DNA from: the human T2T-CHM13v2.0 reference genome, Homo sapiens
Assembly: GCF_009914755.1 (NCBI RefSeq)
Contig: NC_060937.1
Reading direction: 5' to 3' (one strand)
Length of the DNA stretch: 64,000 nucleotides
A model generated the notes under the pieces. That model had not been told where the DNA came from. It searched no databases and saw only the letters and a program-made list of their open reading frames with translations. Both the position numbers and the translations under genes were made by a program. Below are positions 1-11,350 of the stretch, one piece after another; positions within the stretch are counted from its first letter, which is position 1; every line of letters begins with the position of its first letter.

Positions 1-1823
1 AATCTTTTAAGAAAAAGAATCAGATAATTTTCTAAAACATGAAGTTTTTTATATTATTTTAGAGGCACTATAAACTTTCAGCAGGAAACCTATGAGAAAA
101 TAACTCAGAATATCATAGCAAGACTTTTGTCATTCACAGTGGAAGAGAAAAGTCTCAAGAAAAGTCTTGCTGCTTTTGAAGCAGCAAGAAGATGATACAT
201 TATCCCCAGGTAAATAAAAATAAGTCTAACATGTGACTTCTCAATGGAAACAATATGAGTCAAATGATCATGGTATATTTTCAAAGGGCTAAAACAAGTA
301 CCAATCTAGATTCTAGATCCACTGAATAAACATGAAATTTAAAAAAGAAGACAAATACTGTGAGAGTATGTCTAAACTAAGGAAGCATTGAATGCCTTTC
401 TTGAGATAGAGAGAATATTATCACTGATGGAAACTAGTAGCTACAGACTGAAGAGTAAAAACAGTAAATTCTGTAAGTGAATATAAATGAGCATTGAAGC
501 ATCGACTACATAATATATTAGCAATATATTATGGAGTTTTAATATATAAAGAAAATTTAAATGTTTTAGTTTCTGTGATTTAGGAAAGGTAAAGTTATAC
601 TAAGCAAACAATGCCCAACAGAAAGTAGATAACGCTATATTAATTTCTGACAAATTAGACTTTAAGAAGAAACTACTATATATACTTTTGCATGTGTGTG
701 TATATGTATAATACATCTCGTATATATATATATACATATGTACTATATATATTCAGACTATTACACAGGAATAATTAGATATTTTAACAAACTTTTCTCA
801 GAAACTGATAGAACAAATAGGATCAAAAACTTTGAGGATACATTTTATATAAAAAGCCATATAAACAAAATCATGATAACTGGGACTTATAAGAAACTGC
901 ATCTGACAACTGCATAATGCATATTGTCATCATGTACACATAGAGCATTTACACAAATTGACTGTAAGATGGACCTTAAAGGAGTTTTCAAAATATTCAA
1001 AGAATTGAAGTCATGCAAAGAATATTATTTGACCACGATGGAATCAATCTAAAAACCAATTTAAAAAGATATGAAGAAGATCCCCATGTCTTTCAAAAAT
1101 AACTAATACACTTACAAATATCACAGTAATGAAGAGAAAACTACAGTGAGTATTGGAAAATATTTTGAACTGAAAGAAAAAAAATACCTCACATTTGTGA
1201 GATTCAGCTAAAGCCAGGCTCAGATGGCAATTTGTGGGCTTAGCCAAATAGATGAAAAAAAGGTTAAAAATCAAGGAGAAAATAATTACTTAAGAAATTC
1301 TCAAAATCAAAGAAAATTAAAATTTAGAAATAACATAACAGTATTTGTAAAAATTCATAAAATGTAAGAACAAATCAGAAGTGGAAAAAATCTTGAAACC
1401 AACATTTCAGTGGTTAAAATTCTTAATAAATGATATAGAGCTGGCAAGTTCATCAAGGAAAAAATAATGCAGACACAAATAACTAACATTATATGTGAGA
1501 AAAAATTGACACTACTAGAAATCCTAATGGCCGTCAAAGTGCATAAGATAATTATATACATATTTTTCACATTACCTTGAAGTTTTTTAATAAAACGAGC
1601 AAATTCCTAGAAAAATACACTAACTAGATAGAATTGACACAGAAATCAATTCATTCTCAAAAAGATTTCTACAGGAAAAACATCAGTCCCCTATGGCTTC
1701 ATTGTTGAATTTTACAAAAAGTTAAAAGTGGATATATATGCCAATCTTAACCTGAATTAAAGAAAATGGAAAAATATAAGTACTGGTTAACTTATTTTTT
1801 TGACTTCATTATAACAATTGTAC

Positions 1824-2368
1824 TATGATGGGTAATTTTATGTATCAACTTTACTGGACTATGGGGTGCCCAGATATTTCGTCAAATATTACTCTATGTG
1901 TTTCTGTAAGGACATCTTTGAATGAGATTAATATTTAAATCGGTAGAGTGGAGAGGAGATTGCCATTTATTGATTAGAGTGAGACTCATCCAACCAGTTA
2001 GAAGCTGAATAGAATAAAAGGGCCAACTTCCCCCAAGTAAGAGAAAAGTCTTCCTGCACGATGGTCTTCAAACTGTGAAATTAGATTTTCTGGTCTTCAG
2101 ACACAAATTGAAACATCAGATTTTTTTTTTTTTTTTGAAACTTGATTCTGTTAGCCTTTGCAGTAAAAACACACCATCAACTCTCCTTTTTCTCAGTACT
2201 TCAGATTCAGGCTTGCTGACTTACCCTGCAAATTGGGACATGCCAGCCTATATATTATACATATACACATGTGCATGTACGCATACCCACACACATACAC
2301 AAACACACACACACACACACACACACATCCTGTTGTTTCTGTTTCTCTGGAGAGCCCTGTATAATACG
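1824..2368 (+). mobile_element. MLT2-family (ERVL) solo LTR
   Basis: Starts TATGATGGGTAATTTTATGTATCAAC...GGGGTGCCCAGATATT and ends ...TTTCTCTGGAGAGCCCTGTATAATAC, typical MLT2 termini. Contains an internal (TA)/(CA) tract. Confidence 0.85.
2286..2327. repeat. (CA)n microsatellite within MLT2
   Basis: Imperfect-to-perfect CA run seen directly. Confidence 0.95.
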
Positions 2369-3257
2369 GATGACATAATCTGATAAGAATAGTATAAAAA
2401 TAAAAATTATGCAAAATACAAATTGATATAAATTTAAAAGTCACCCACTTGAGAAAATAAAAGAAATATGCTATATTTTGGTCTCAATAGACCAAGAACA
2501 AACTTTTGTTAAAATTGAACATTCATTTGTGACTAAACACTTAGACCAATAGTAAGGCAATTTCATATTCTGATAAATAGGATCTACAAAATGTCTATGG
2601 TAAGTATTATATTTAATATTAAAATTTTCTAAAATTTTCTTGTTTCTCTAGGAACAAGTCAAGAATCCTGGTATTATCATATCCATTAAATTTTCCCAGA
2701 AATCTTAGTGAAATTAAGTACAATTTAGGACAACCATTAAGGGAAAAAAAACTAAACAAACATTTATAGAGATAATATTATTTATTTCTTAATATCTAAA
2801 AACAATCTAATAAGACATTATGGGATTTAAAAAGTGAGTTTAGCAAGATTGCTGAACATGAAAAGTCAATTGTGGGCACTGGTCTTGGTCTCCTGGAGTC
2901 AGCGGGCACAGTGAGAACCCAGACAGCCTGGCTCCAGACATGGTTGCGCCTGTCTCTTGCTCCCATAAGTCAGGGCAAGATGTCAGTGCTTCTCACAACA
3001 TCCATGCCTCTAACCTAGAAGCCACAGCGGGTTAAGGTAGCCTTTCTCCCTGGATTCATGCAGAAGCCCAGTTCAATGAGCACAAAATATTATAAGACTA
3101 ATTTCTCAAATTAATGCAATTATATGAAGTCAAAGTAGACACCACCCCAGCAAGGAGATGACAGTCAGTAAAATGTACATGTGGGTGATAACCCTGACTC
3201 TGTTCAGCCTGCACCAAGTAGATTCCTTTTATTGACTCTGGCTTACGTAGTTTTATG

Positions 3258-3719
3258 TGTATGGAAGGCCAAGTCTCTAGATAGCATTGGCCAACACTGT
3301 TTTCTCCTCTTGCTTGCAGTTATCAGAATAACTGTAGAATATTCTGGGGATGCAGTGTCCTGAAATAAGGAGGAACTATATGAAACAATCCAGACTCTGT
3401 CTTTGTCCCTCCTAGAACAGAATGTCTTTCAGTGTTTGCACTCAGTGAGCCAGGTGGTACCTGGGGTATAAAACCGACAATACCCTCAGCCATGATGTGA
3501 GATGGGACATGCTCAAAGAAGACGTCATCCATCTTGGGCAACTTTCCTCAGACATGGGGGAACAGCTTCCCATGGATTTTAGGCTTTTGTTGATTCTTGC
3601 TTTCTATCTGTAATAAATTTGCTTTCCCTGACTTGACCTATGAGTGTTCTGTCTACCAAAATCATACTCTGGCAGTTAGGTTTGTGCAGAACCTCCTGTG
3701 AGACTTGGGAACTTGTACA
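3258..3719 (+). mobile_element. ERVL-class solo LTR (LTR53/MER54/MER73/MER74-like) inserted in the SPATA2 pseudogene CDS
   Basis: TG...CA termini, 'CAGAATAACTGTAGAATATTCTGGGGATGCAGTGTCCTGAAATAAGGAGGAAC' family motif, TATAAAA at ~3467, AATAAA at ~3612. The SPATA2 reading frame (...FY|EMV...) is continuous across it. Confidence 0.8.
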
Positions 3720-3968
3720 ATGAGATGGTGATGAGCTTCATGCCCTCACTGAGTGATGAGCTCCTCCAGCATGCAGGCCCTTTACCATGTCTTCAGCCTA
3801 CCCAAAACAGGGGTCATCAATCTCTTCCTTTGCTTATTAAAGAAGGAATTCAAATGTATCAAGACCTACACAGACCTCTTCCTTTATTACCTTAGGTCAA
3901 GGTTACTGGAAAGGAATATCACAGCCATCCTGGATTACATGGGCTATAAGTCCAAGTTGAGGACCATG

Positions 3969-4256
3969 TAAGCCAGTCATGGAAGGGCAAATACTGAATG
4001 ATTCTACTTCTATAAGGTATATAAAGGAGTCAAGCTCATAGAAGCAGAAAGTAGAATAGTGGTTGCTGGGGCTAGGGGAAGGGAGAAATGGAGAATTGCT
4101 GTGCAATGTGTATAGAGTTTCAGTCATGCAAGATGAAAAAGCTATAGAGATGTACTGCACAACAATGCATATATAAATGATGCTATACTGTACACTTACA
4201 ATTTATTAATAGGGTAGATTTCATTTTTATGTGTTTTTAACCACAATAAAAAATAA
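3969..4256 (+). mobile_element. L1MB-type 3' UTR end
   Basis: TAAGCCAGTC...GTCAAGCTCATAGAAGCAGAAAGTAGAATAGTGGTTGC...TGTGTTTTTAACCACAATAAAAAA, the classic L1MB terminus. Confidence 0.85.
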
Positions 4257-4519
4257 CTATAAAGTACATTACTTTAACAATTGACCAACTGTGAAGATTG
4301 ATTTCATTTTAAATAATAGTAGTGTGTCAAAAAAAACCCCAAAAAGTGAAAATAATAATAATGAACAAAAGATAGTAGTGTGTCAAATTTCTGGTGTGAG
4401 GATTATATTATGATTAATTGGAGAGTGATCTTGTTCTTCGATGATATATTTTAAAGTAATTTGAAATGAAGAAATCCCATAATGCTTAAAACTTACTCTC
4501 AAATGATTCAGACAAAAAG

Positions 4520-4521
<2 letters not shown>

Positions 4522-4562
<41 letters not shown>
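4522..4562. repeat. (TG)~20 microsatellite
   Basis: Perfect TG run. Confidence 0.97.
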
Positions 4563-4565
<3 letters not shown>

Positions 4566-4719
4566 TTACAATTCTTAGGTTCATTGCCTTATATTTGTCA
4601 ATTGTCTAAGATTTTAAAAATTATAAAATAAAAGTTAGGACAATTCAAAGAAATTCCTGAGATATTTAAAGCATTGACTGTCATGATCTGATTTGTATTA
4701 TAGAATGATTATTCTGATT

Positions 4720-5400
4720 AGAGGCAAATTTACCATAAATCAGGTGAAGCTTAAGCTTCCAGACTTTTTTGGTGGATTATTTCCAAAGCCCTGGGAAGAA
4801 GTTGAGCAATACATTCTTTCAAGTGATCGTATGCCTTTGTAAAATTTGCAAAATAATATATTTTATTTACATGTTTAACCACTGTATCTTTTGATTCCAA
4901 CTCTTCATCTTATCATTAAGTGGCTCTAGAGTACTCATGGGCATTTTGGGGATCATGCTAAGGAAAACCTTAACTTAAATTTAATAAAATATTTTTGTAG
5001 TTTGTAGTCACTGCATCATGCAAGTAGGTATTTGATAGCTTCCTTACACAAGAATGGCTTTCAGGAATTCTTTTGCCACCTCCTGTGCAGATGTAGGTGG
5101 CATCCAGAAACAAAGATGCTGAAGTGAAATATGAAACCAAACTATCGCACCTAGCACCAGCAAGACATGGGGAATGAAGAAATGTGCTAGCTGAAAGAGT
5201 GTTTCTTATATCACTCCCTGTAAAATATCACAAAGTGGTTATCCCATGAAGAGCAGATCAAGGACTATGTATCCCTAAACATAAGCATCAGGCTGTTACA
5301 TAATAGAAATATTTTTTAAATGTTTGTGGTATTTTACAGCTGTTTTATACTCATAATTTGTTGTGCTTTCTTTTCTCATTCTAAATGAACATTAACTTTC
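4720..5400 (+). mobile_element. MER115/Zaphod-like hAT-Tip100 DNA transposon, 3'-truncated
   Basis: AGAGGCAAATTTACC...GAAGCTTAAGCTTC...TTCCAAAGCCCTGGGAAG...TTGTAAAATTTGCAAAA matches the recalled MER115 start. It ends before the right terminal inverted repeat. Confidence 0.7.
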
Positions 5401-7739
5401 ATAAAAATAAATAAACCAAATCTAAGCACATAAATGTACCACAGCCACTTCCTGCTGTGGCTTCTGGAACCATCCAGGTGCCACCAACATCTGTATCCCG
5501 TGTTCATATTTTCTAGCCTCACCTGCTTCAGCACCTTCCATTACCACACAGCTGTGAAAAGAGTCTGTTGCACAAGTTCATGCCCTATAATCAGTTGAAC
5601 AAGTCCACATAGTTCTTCCATCTTGTCTATGGACTCGACTTTGCACCTTCCTGCTTCAAGGGCTACACCATTGGTCTTTCTAGATTCATGTGGAAGTATT
5701 AATGCACTGATGTTGGAAGTAGAGACCTGCACTTGACCATTTAGGTGCCAAGGTATTGTGCAGCCAGCTACACCTGCATGAGAGTCCACTTAGCTACTAT
5801 TTACTCAAGTATATCACCGGATGGTTGCTTATCATCTGACAAAGGAGGGAGTGAAAAACATTCAGATTCTTTTTTTTTTTTAACTATCTACTCCCTATTC
5901 AACTGTATTTTCTAAGAGGATTTTGATCTCTAGGCTCTGGCCACCCCTACTCCTCCTCCTAGAAAGCCGACTTGACTGGGAAGATCATCTCCAAATGTCT
6001 ACCTGGAATGGAGAGTGAGAGATCTTGTGAAATGAGCCATCTTGTCACAATGGGTCTCTTCCAGTGGTTTCTTTCTTCACCACTACCCCCTTTAATACAA
6101 GGATACCGACATGGACTCCTCTCTACACCCCCTCCACACAAACATCCCTACGTCTGAGGCCAGAATGAGCTGAATGCCATCCTTTGGCCTCCACAGCTCA
6201 GTTCAGCTCCTGGTGTCTCGTGATCATTTCCCCAGCTCATTTACTGACTTTTTTCCCCTTTCAGATGTTTGCACATGCCCCTCTTTCTATACTGTAAATA
6301 GATATTTTTGAGATCTATTTTAAAATAAATCTTTAACTTGCCATGTGTTTTAAAGTGGTTAAAGATTAACTTTGTAGCTATTTATCAAAATGCACTGGGT
6401 TAGTCAGTCTTCCAAGGCGGAGTCTCTAGGTCTTTTATATTGGATCCTCTTCTCATCGCAGCCCAGTGGTAGAATGCAGAGTTTAGGAGCAGGAGAGGAA
6501 CTGAGACTATGTCCTTCTTTCTTACGTTGGTAGAGAGCCACTATCTCTCCTATAATAAATATCTACATCTTCTCTATTGTGCACTTAGCAGTGTTGTGGG
6601 AGCATACAGGTGACTCTGTGTGCCTGCTGACTGCAATAACCTGGTGACAATTCAGGGATCTCACCCTTTCGAACTGCAGCCCTGGTCTTTGGTGCTTTCT
6701 TAGTGTGAATGTTGCATTCCAAATTTATTGAGTCTTGGAAGATCAAGAAGGAAGATAACTTGAGATTACCACCACCACTCTATCTCAGCTCTATTCTCTT
6801 CATCTAATTCTAGGACTCAACCACAACAACATTTGCAAACATTGTGCGCTGAAAGTGAGTGGAGATCAATGTGCACCCATGAGACATGTCCTCAAGTACA
6901 TAGCTGAGCCTAAGTGTTTTGAAACCTGAAAACCCCTTAAAACTCTTCATGTGAAATATTCACCCGTAGATTTTTCTTCTAGAAGTGTGAAGTGGGAATG
7001 GAGCAAGAGTTTAAAAGTCAAATTGTGTCTTTGTAAACCAATAAAATAATATATCTACCATAAGTATCTGTGATATACCAAATGTTACAGGAACTTAGAT
7101 GCAGTGGGTTTTCAGTAGAAAGAGGCAGTCAGCTCTTCAGCAAATTTAAATTTGGCTGAATCCCGAGACCACTGTGAATTTGCTGATGCTTTTCCAACTC
7201 AGCTGAGTGATTTTAAGGCTTTCCAAAACTTATATGGTTATTTTTTATATGCTGATAGATCACATGTAGATATAGAATGTGTATTTAAAGCTGAATTCCA
7301 CCCACACTTACTAAGGTCTGCCCATTCCCGAACATTCATCTTTGATGTTCTTCCATTTCATATTTTAAAACTGGTAATGCCTGTCCCACTCTTGAAAGCT
7401 CAAGTTTTCAGTTTTCCATTTCCAGATTGCTACTGTAGCACTACAGTAACTCTTTTAACCAACCATGACACTGAATAACTTATATAGTGAACAAAAAGGG
7501 GGAATGACTAATTCATGCCAGGAGAAAAAGTCCAGTGTACCACTCAACATGGAAATAATGTGTTCATGGACTGGAACAGGAAATACTATGACTACTATTC
7601 TACTTCGTGTGCATCTGATTATATGATGTTGCTCTGGTTGAGATAAATATGCACTAATTAAAATGCAGATGTTTTGCATTTAATCTCTTTCAAAAGCTAA
7701 ACTGCTGAGAGATGACTCTAGAAATGGTCTTTCATTTTA

Positions 7740-8270
7740 AACAAATCATTGTTTTTCTACATATTAGCAATAAATAGGATATATAATTAAATAAATAATT
7801 ATCGTAGCATGCAAAATATCATATACCAACTATTAAATCTATTAAATCAATTGCTCTCCTAAAATAGTTATAAAATAATGGAATAAATTACATAAAGCAC
7901 AAACCAATGGAAGACTCATATTTATAGATCAGAAGTCTCAATATTTTAAAGATGTATTCTCAAAATTAATCTATACATGAATTGTGATCTTAATTTAAGA
8001 ATCCTAACATGTTGTTTGAAAAAGTATAATCATTAGTAATCAGAAAAATGCAAATTAAAACTGAAATGTGATTAGACTACTTAACTTCAGAATAGTTAAA
8101 ATGATTGTAAAAAGCAAGATTTGGTGAGATGTGGAGCTGAGGGAAGTCTTATATATAGCCTGTGAGAGAATGAATTTATACAGTATCTTTGAACATTTTT
8201 TGTAATTACCTATTACAGCCGAGCACAATATTTTTCTATCGGCTAAATTTTTGGCTCTGTATTCTAATGC
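7740..8270 (+). mobile_element. Continuation of the ancient L1 ORF2 split by the SPATA2 retrocopy
   Basis: 'AAATCATTGTTTTTCTACATATTAGCAAT' continues the L1 motif broken at 2873 ('AAGTCAATTGT'). Later 'TCATTAGTAATCAGAAAAATGCAAATTAAAAC'. Confidence 0.7.
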
Positions 8271-10328
8271 CCAACTCAATTGCATTCTACTCTCCCATAT
8301 AGAGATATGGTTTTGCTTAGAATGATTACTGAAATGTGATCTTCATCATTCATTTTAAACTTGAAGCTAAGCCTGTTAGAACTTTCTGCATTACCACTTT
8401 GCTTGTATAGTCTCATCTTATCTTTTTATAAGAAAGATTGAACATCCCTCTCCTGGATATTTGATCATTCATTTTCTAATATTTATTTGGTATATGTGCA
8501 TATGGCAACTTAATTTTCCACCAGATTGTTTTCATGAGAAATTGGCTTATAATTGAGAGATCACATGCAACTCAGGATATTAAATTTCTGGGAGCCTACC
8601 TTTAATTGTCCTAATTGGTAATGTATTGTGATTAGATGACGAGACAATATTGGTTAAACAGAAACTTTTATTTATGTGACTATGCAAAGATTGTTGATAT
8701 ATCACAATGCAAAATTATTATAAGAATGTGGAAAAGTAAAAAATTTCATAAGCACTATTCTGAAAGAAAAGCAAAAATATATAAACACAAATAGGAAGGC
8801 TCTTTACCAAACATCTAAATTCAATAATAATACATAGAAACCAAAGAAAATAAAACAAAGTATTATACATCTTACAGTTCAATATTTCAAATAAATTGAA
8901 AAAGATAACCCCAAATAAACTTTAAAATAGTATGTACAGTGTGACTGCAACTAATAATGACCATGGTGTGGGGAGTGTGTGTGCATTGTGTGTGATTGTT
9001 CATAATCAATCAATGGAAAACAAATTGTTGACTTTTTTTCACTGTTTTTACTCTTTACAGGCATTTTTTTCATATTTTTATGAGGGAGGATGACTCTTCA
9101 ATTCCCATAGTGTCTCCATTTTTATTTTTGCCCCTAAAAATTGATCTATAAGACTGAATTTGTACCTTCTTTGAACTTATGATGCATGGTTTGTTGCTAT
9201 CTGAGTTAGCATATGAAATTTCTGTGTATATTTGAAAAGCTGGTATGTCACAACAGAGCATTCTCAAGTATAATGACTAAAATAACAGCTTATCGGTGAT
9301 AGAAATTTTATATTTAGAATTTATATTTAGCTGTTGTTTATAATATGAGAGACTTAAAACCTAGAATATTTTCTTCATATTGGTTAAAATAGTGGGATAG
9401 AATTTTAAAGCACAGTTTTGGCCAGCTGTACTTCATGCTGTGTAACATTTACTATTATAAAAATCTGAGTAAATTCTTAGAAAATACTGACAAATACTTG
9501 TAGTGACAGGTAATATGCATGATATATTTAAGCCTCCTGGTAAAATATAATAAGGGAATCAAAATAAAAGAACCTGGAGTAGGTGATAAGTCAATATTGA
9601 TCTTTCAATGAAGAGTAGATTGATAGGAAATAGTCTCCCAGCAAGTGGATATGTGCAAGTGCTTAGGTTTAAATAGGGTTAAGGAAAACTTAACCAGCTC
9701 AAGTGTCATGACAGGGTGCTCTAATAGCATAGAATTTCTAATTTGTAGGTTTTTTTTTTTTTAAGTACAAATGACTTTAAATGCAAAAAATACAAATGAC
9801 CACAGTTGAAACATAGAGGATAATACTAATGTATGTCATTGGTATTTAATAAACAATAAGATACTTTTCACAGTAATTTGACAGTTTATGAAAAAACATT
9901 CCTCTATTATTTATGACAAAATAAGACTCTCTTATTTCAGGTGCTAGAGGATTAATCTCTTTTTTTAGAGAAAAAATTATCAATTGTTCATTTCTGGGGA
10001 ATAAGCCTAAATTGAAAGTGTAGATGTTATCTGCAGTTATATGTCATGAAGGCCAAATGCTTGAAAATTTCCCCTCTTGAATGCCAACAGGATATTTAAA
10101 TAGGTTCTGGAGATATGTCAGTATCAAGTTTGTCAAGAAAAGTTTATAGTAAAGTGTATTCTTGATGTAAATTTTCTTAATTCCTCTAATTGTTTCCTTT
10201 TAAAAGGCTATTTGGAAAGATTTCCCTGCCTAACTATTACTATAAACACTTTTTAATGAGTGAACACACATAATAAAGTGGTTCCTTTGCTTTTGGGACC
10301 TAAGAAGGTAAAGAACTATTTTAGTATG

Positions 10329-11350
10329 TATCAGGGGAACCCACCCCCAATATTTCAACATAGGTTCTTTCTATTTTCCATAAGTGTCTGCCGGCTGAGA
10401 AATAAAGAGAAAGAGTACAAAGAGAGGAATTTTACAGCTGGGCCACCGGGGGTGACATCACATATTGGTAGGACCGTGATGCCCAACTGAGCCGTGAAAC
10501 CAGCAAGTTTTTTATTAAGGGTTTCAAAAGGGGAGGGGGTGTAAGAACAGGGAGTAGATCACATGCTTCAAAGAGCAAAAAGGAGAACTACTGATAAGGG
10601 TCCAATAAAGATCACAAGGCAAAGGGCAAAAGCAGAACTACTGATAAGGGTCTATGTTCAGTGGTGCATGTATTGTCTTGATAAACATCTTAAACAAGAG
10701 AAAACAGGGTTCGAGAGCAGAGAACTGGTCTGATCACAAATTTACCAGGGCCAGGTTTTTCCCCACCCTAGTAAACCTGAGGGTACTGCAGGAGACCAGG
10801 GCTTATCTCAGTCCTTATCTCAACCGCATAGGACAGACATTCCCAGAGTGGCTGTTTATAGACCTACCCCAAGGAACACATTCCTTCCCCAGTGTATTAA
10901 TATTAATATTCCTTGCTAGGAAAAGAATTTAGTGATATGTTCCCTACTTGCACATCCCTTTATAGGCTCTCTGCAAGAAGAAAAATACGGCTCTTTTTGC
11001 CCGACCCCGCAGGCAGTCAGACCTTATGATTGTCTTCCCTTGTTCCCTAAAAATTGCTGTTATTCTGTTCTTTTTCAAGGTGCACTGATTTCATATTGTT
11101 CAAACACACATGTTTTACAATCAATTTGTACAGTTAGCACAATTTTCACAGTGCTCCTGAGGTGACGTACATCCTCAGCTTACGAAGATAACAGGATTGA
11201 GAGATTAAAGTAAGACAGGTGTAAGAAATTATAAAAGTATTACTTGGGAACTGATAAATGTCCATATTAAAATGAAATCTTCACAATTTATGTTCCCCTG
11301 CAGTGGCTCCAGCTGGTTTGTCCGTTCGGGGTCCCTAATGTCCCACAACA
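10329..11350 (-). mobile_element. MER11 (HERV-K11/HML-8) solo LTR
   Basis: The minus strand starts TGTTGTGGGACATTAGGGACCCCGAACGG and ends GGGTGGGTTCCCCTGATA. Internal AGAACTACTGATAAGGGTC duplication. 6-bp TSD AGTATG/AGTATT. Confidence 0.92.

Larger units (their letters stand above)
1..2873 (+). mobile_element. Ancient L1 (L1M-type) ORF1-end/ORF2 remnant, interrupted by MLT2; resumes at ~7740
   Basis: A-rich + strand with degenerate ORF2 motifs: endonuclease region 'TTTGACCACGATGGAATCAATCTAAAAACCAAT' (~1030), 'CCCTATGGCTTCATTGTTGAATTTTAC' (~1690, PDGFT-EFY-like), 'GTGAGTTTAGCAAGATTGCTG' (~2835). Confidence 0.8.
2874..7739 (+). pseudogene. SPATA2P1: Processed pseudogene of SPATA2 (likely SPATA2P1), fragmented
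   Basis: From ATG 3058: MQKPSSMSTK...LYEVKVDTT...LFSLHQVDSFY*LWLT*FY (SPATA2 MGKPSSMDTK...FHESKVDTT...LLSLHKVDPFYRFRLIQFY). 3720-3972: SSSSMQALYHVFSLPKTGVINLFLCLLKKEFKCIKTYTDLFLYYLRSRLLERNITAILDYMGY (SPATA2 PUB domain [63 protein letters not shown]). 5416-5633: TTATSCCGFWNHPGATNICIPCS...HKFMPYNQLNKST*FFHLVY (C-terminal zinc-finger region [23 protein letters not shown]...[22 protein letters not shown]). Multiple stops and frameshifts. The 3'UTR extent is inferred from the host L1 resuming at ~7740 with a degenerate TSD. SPATA2 sequence recalled from memory. Confidence 0.9.

Noticed and set aside
3960-4256. SPATA2-L1 template-switch chimera (U6-L1-like)
   Set aside because: SPATA2 sequence resumes at 5416 and the host L1 resumes at ~7740, so the L1MB came later.
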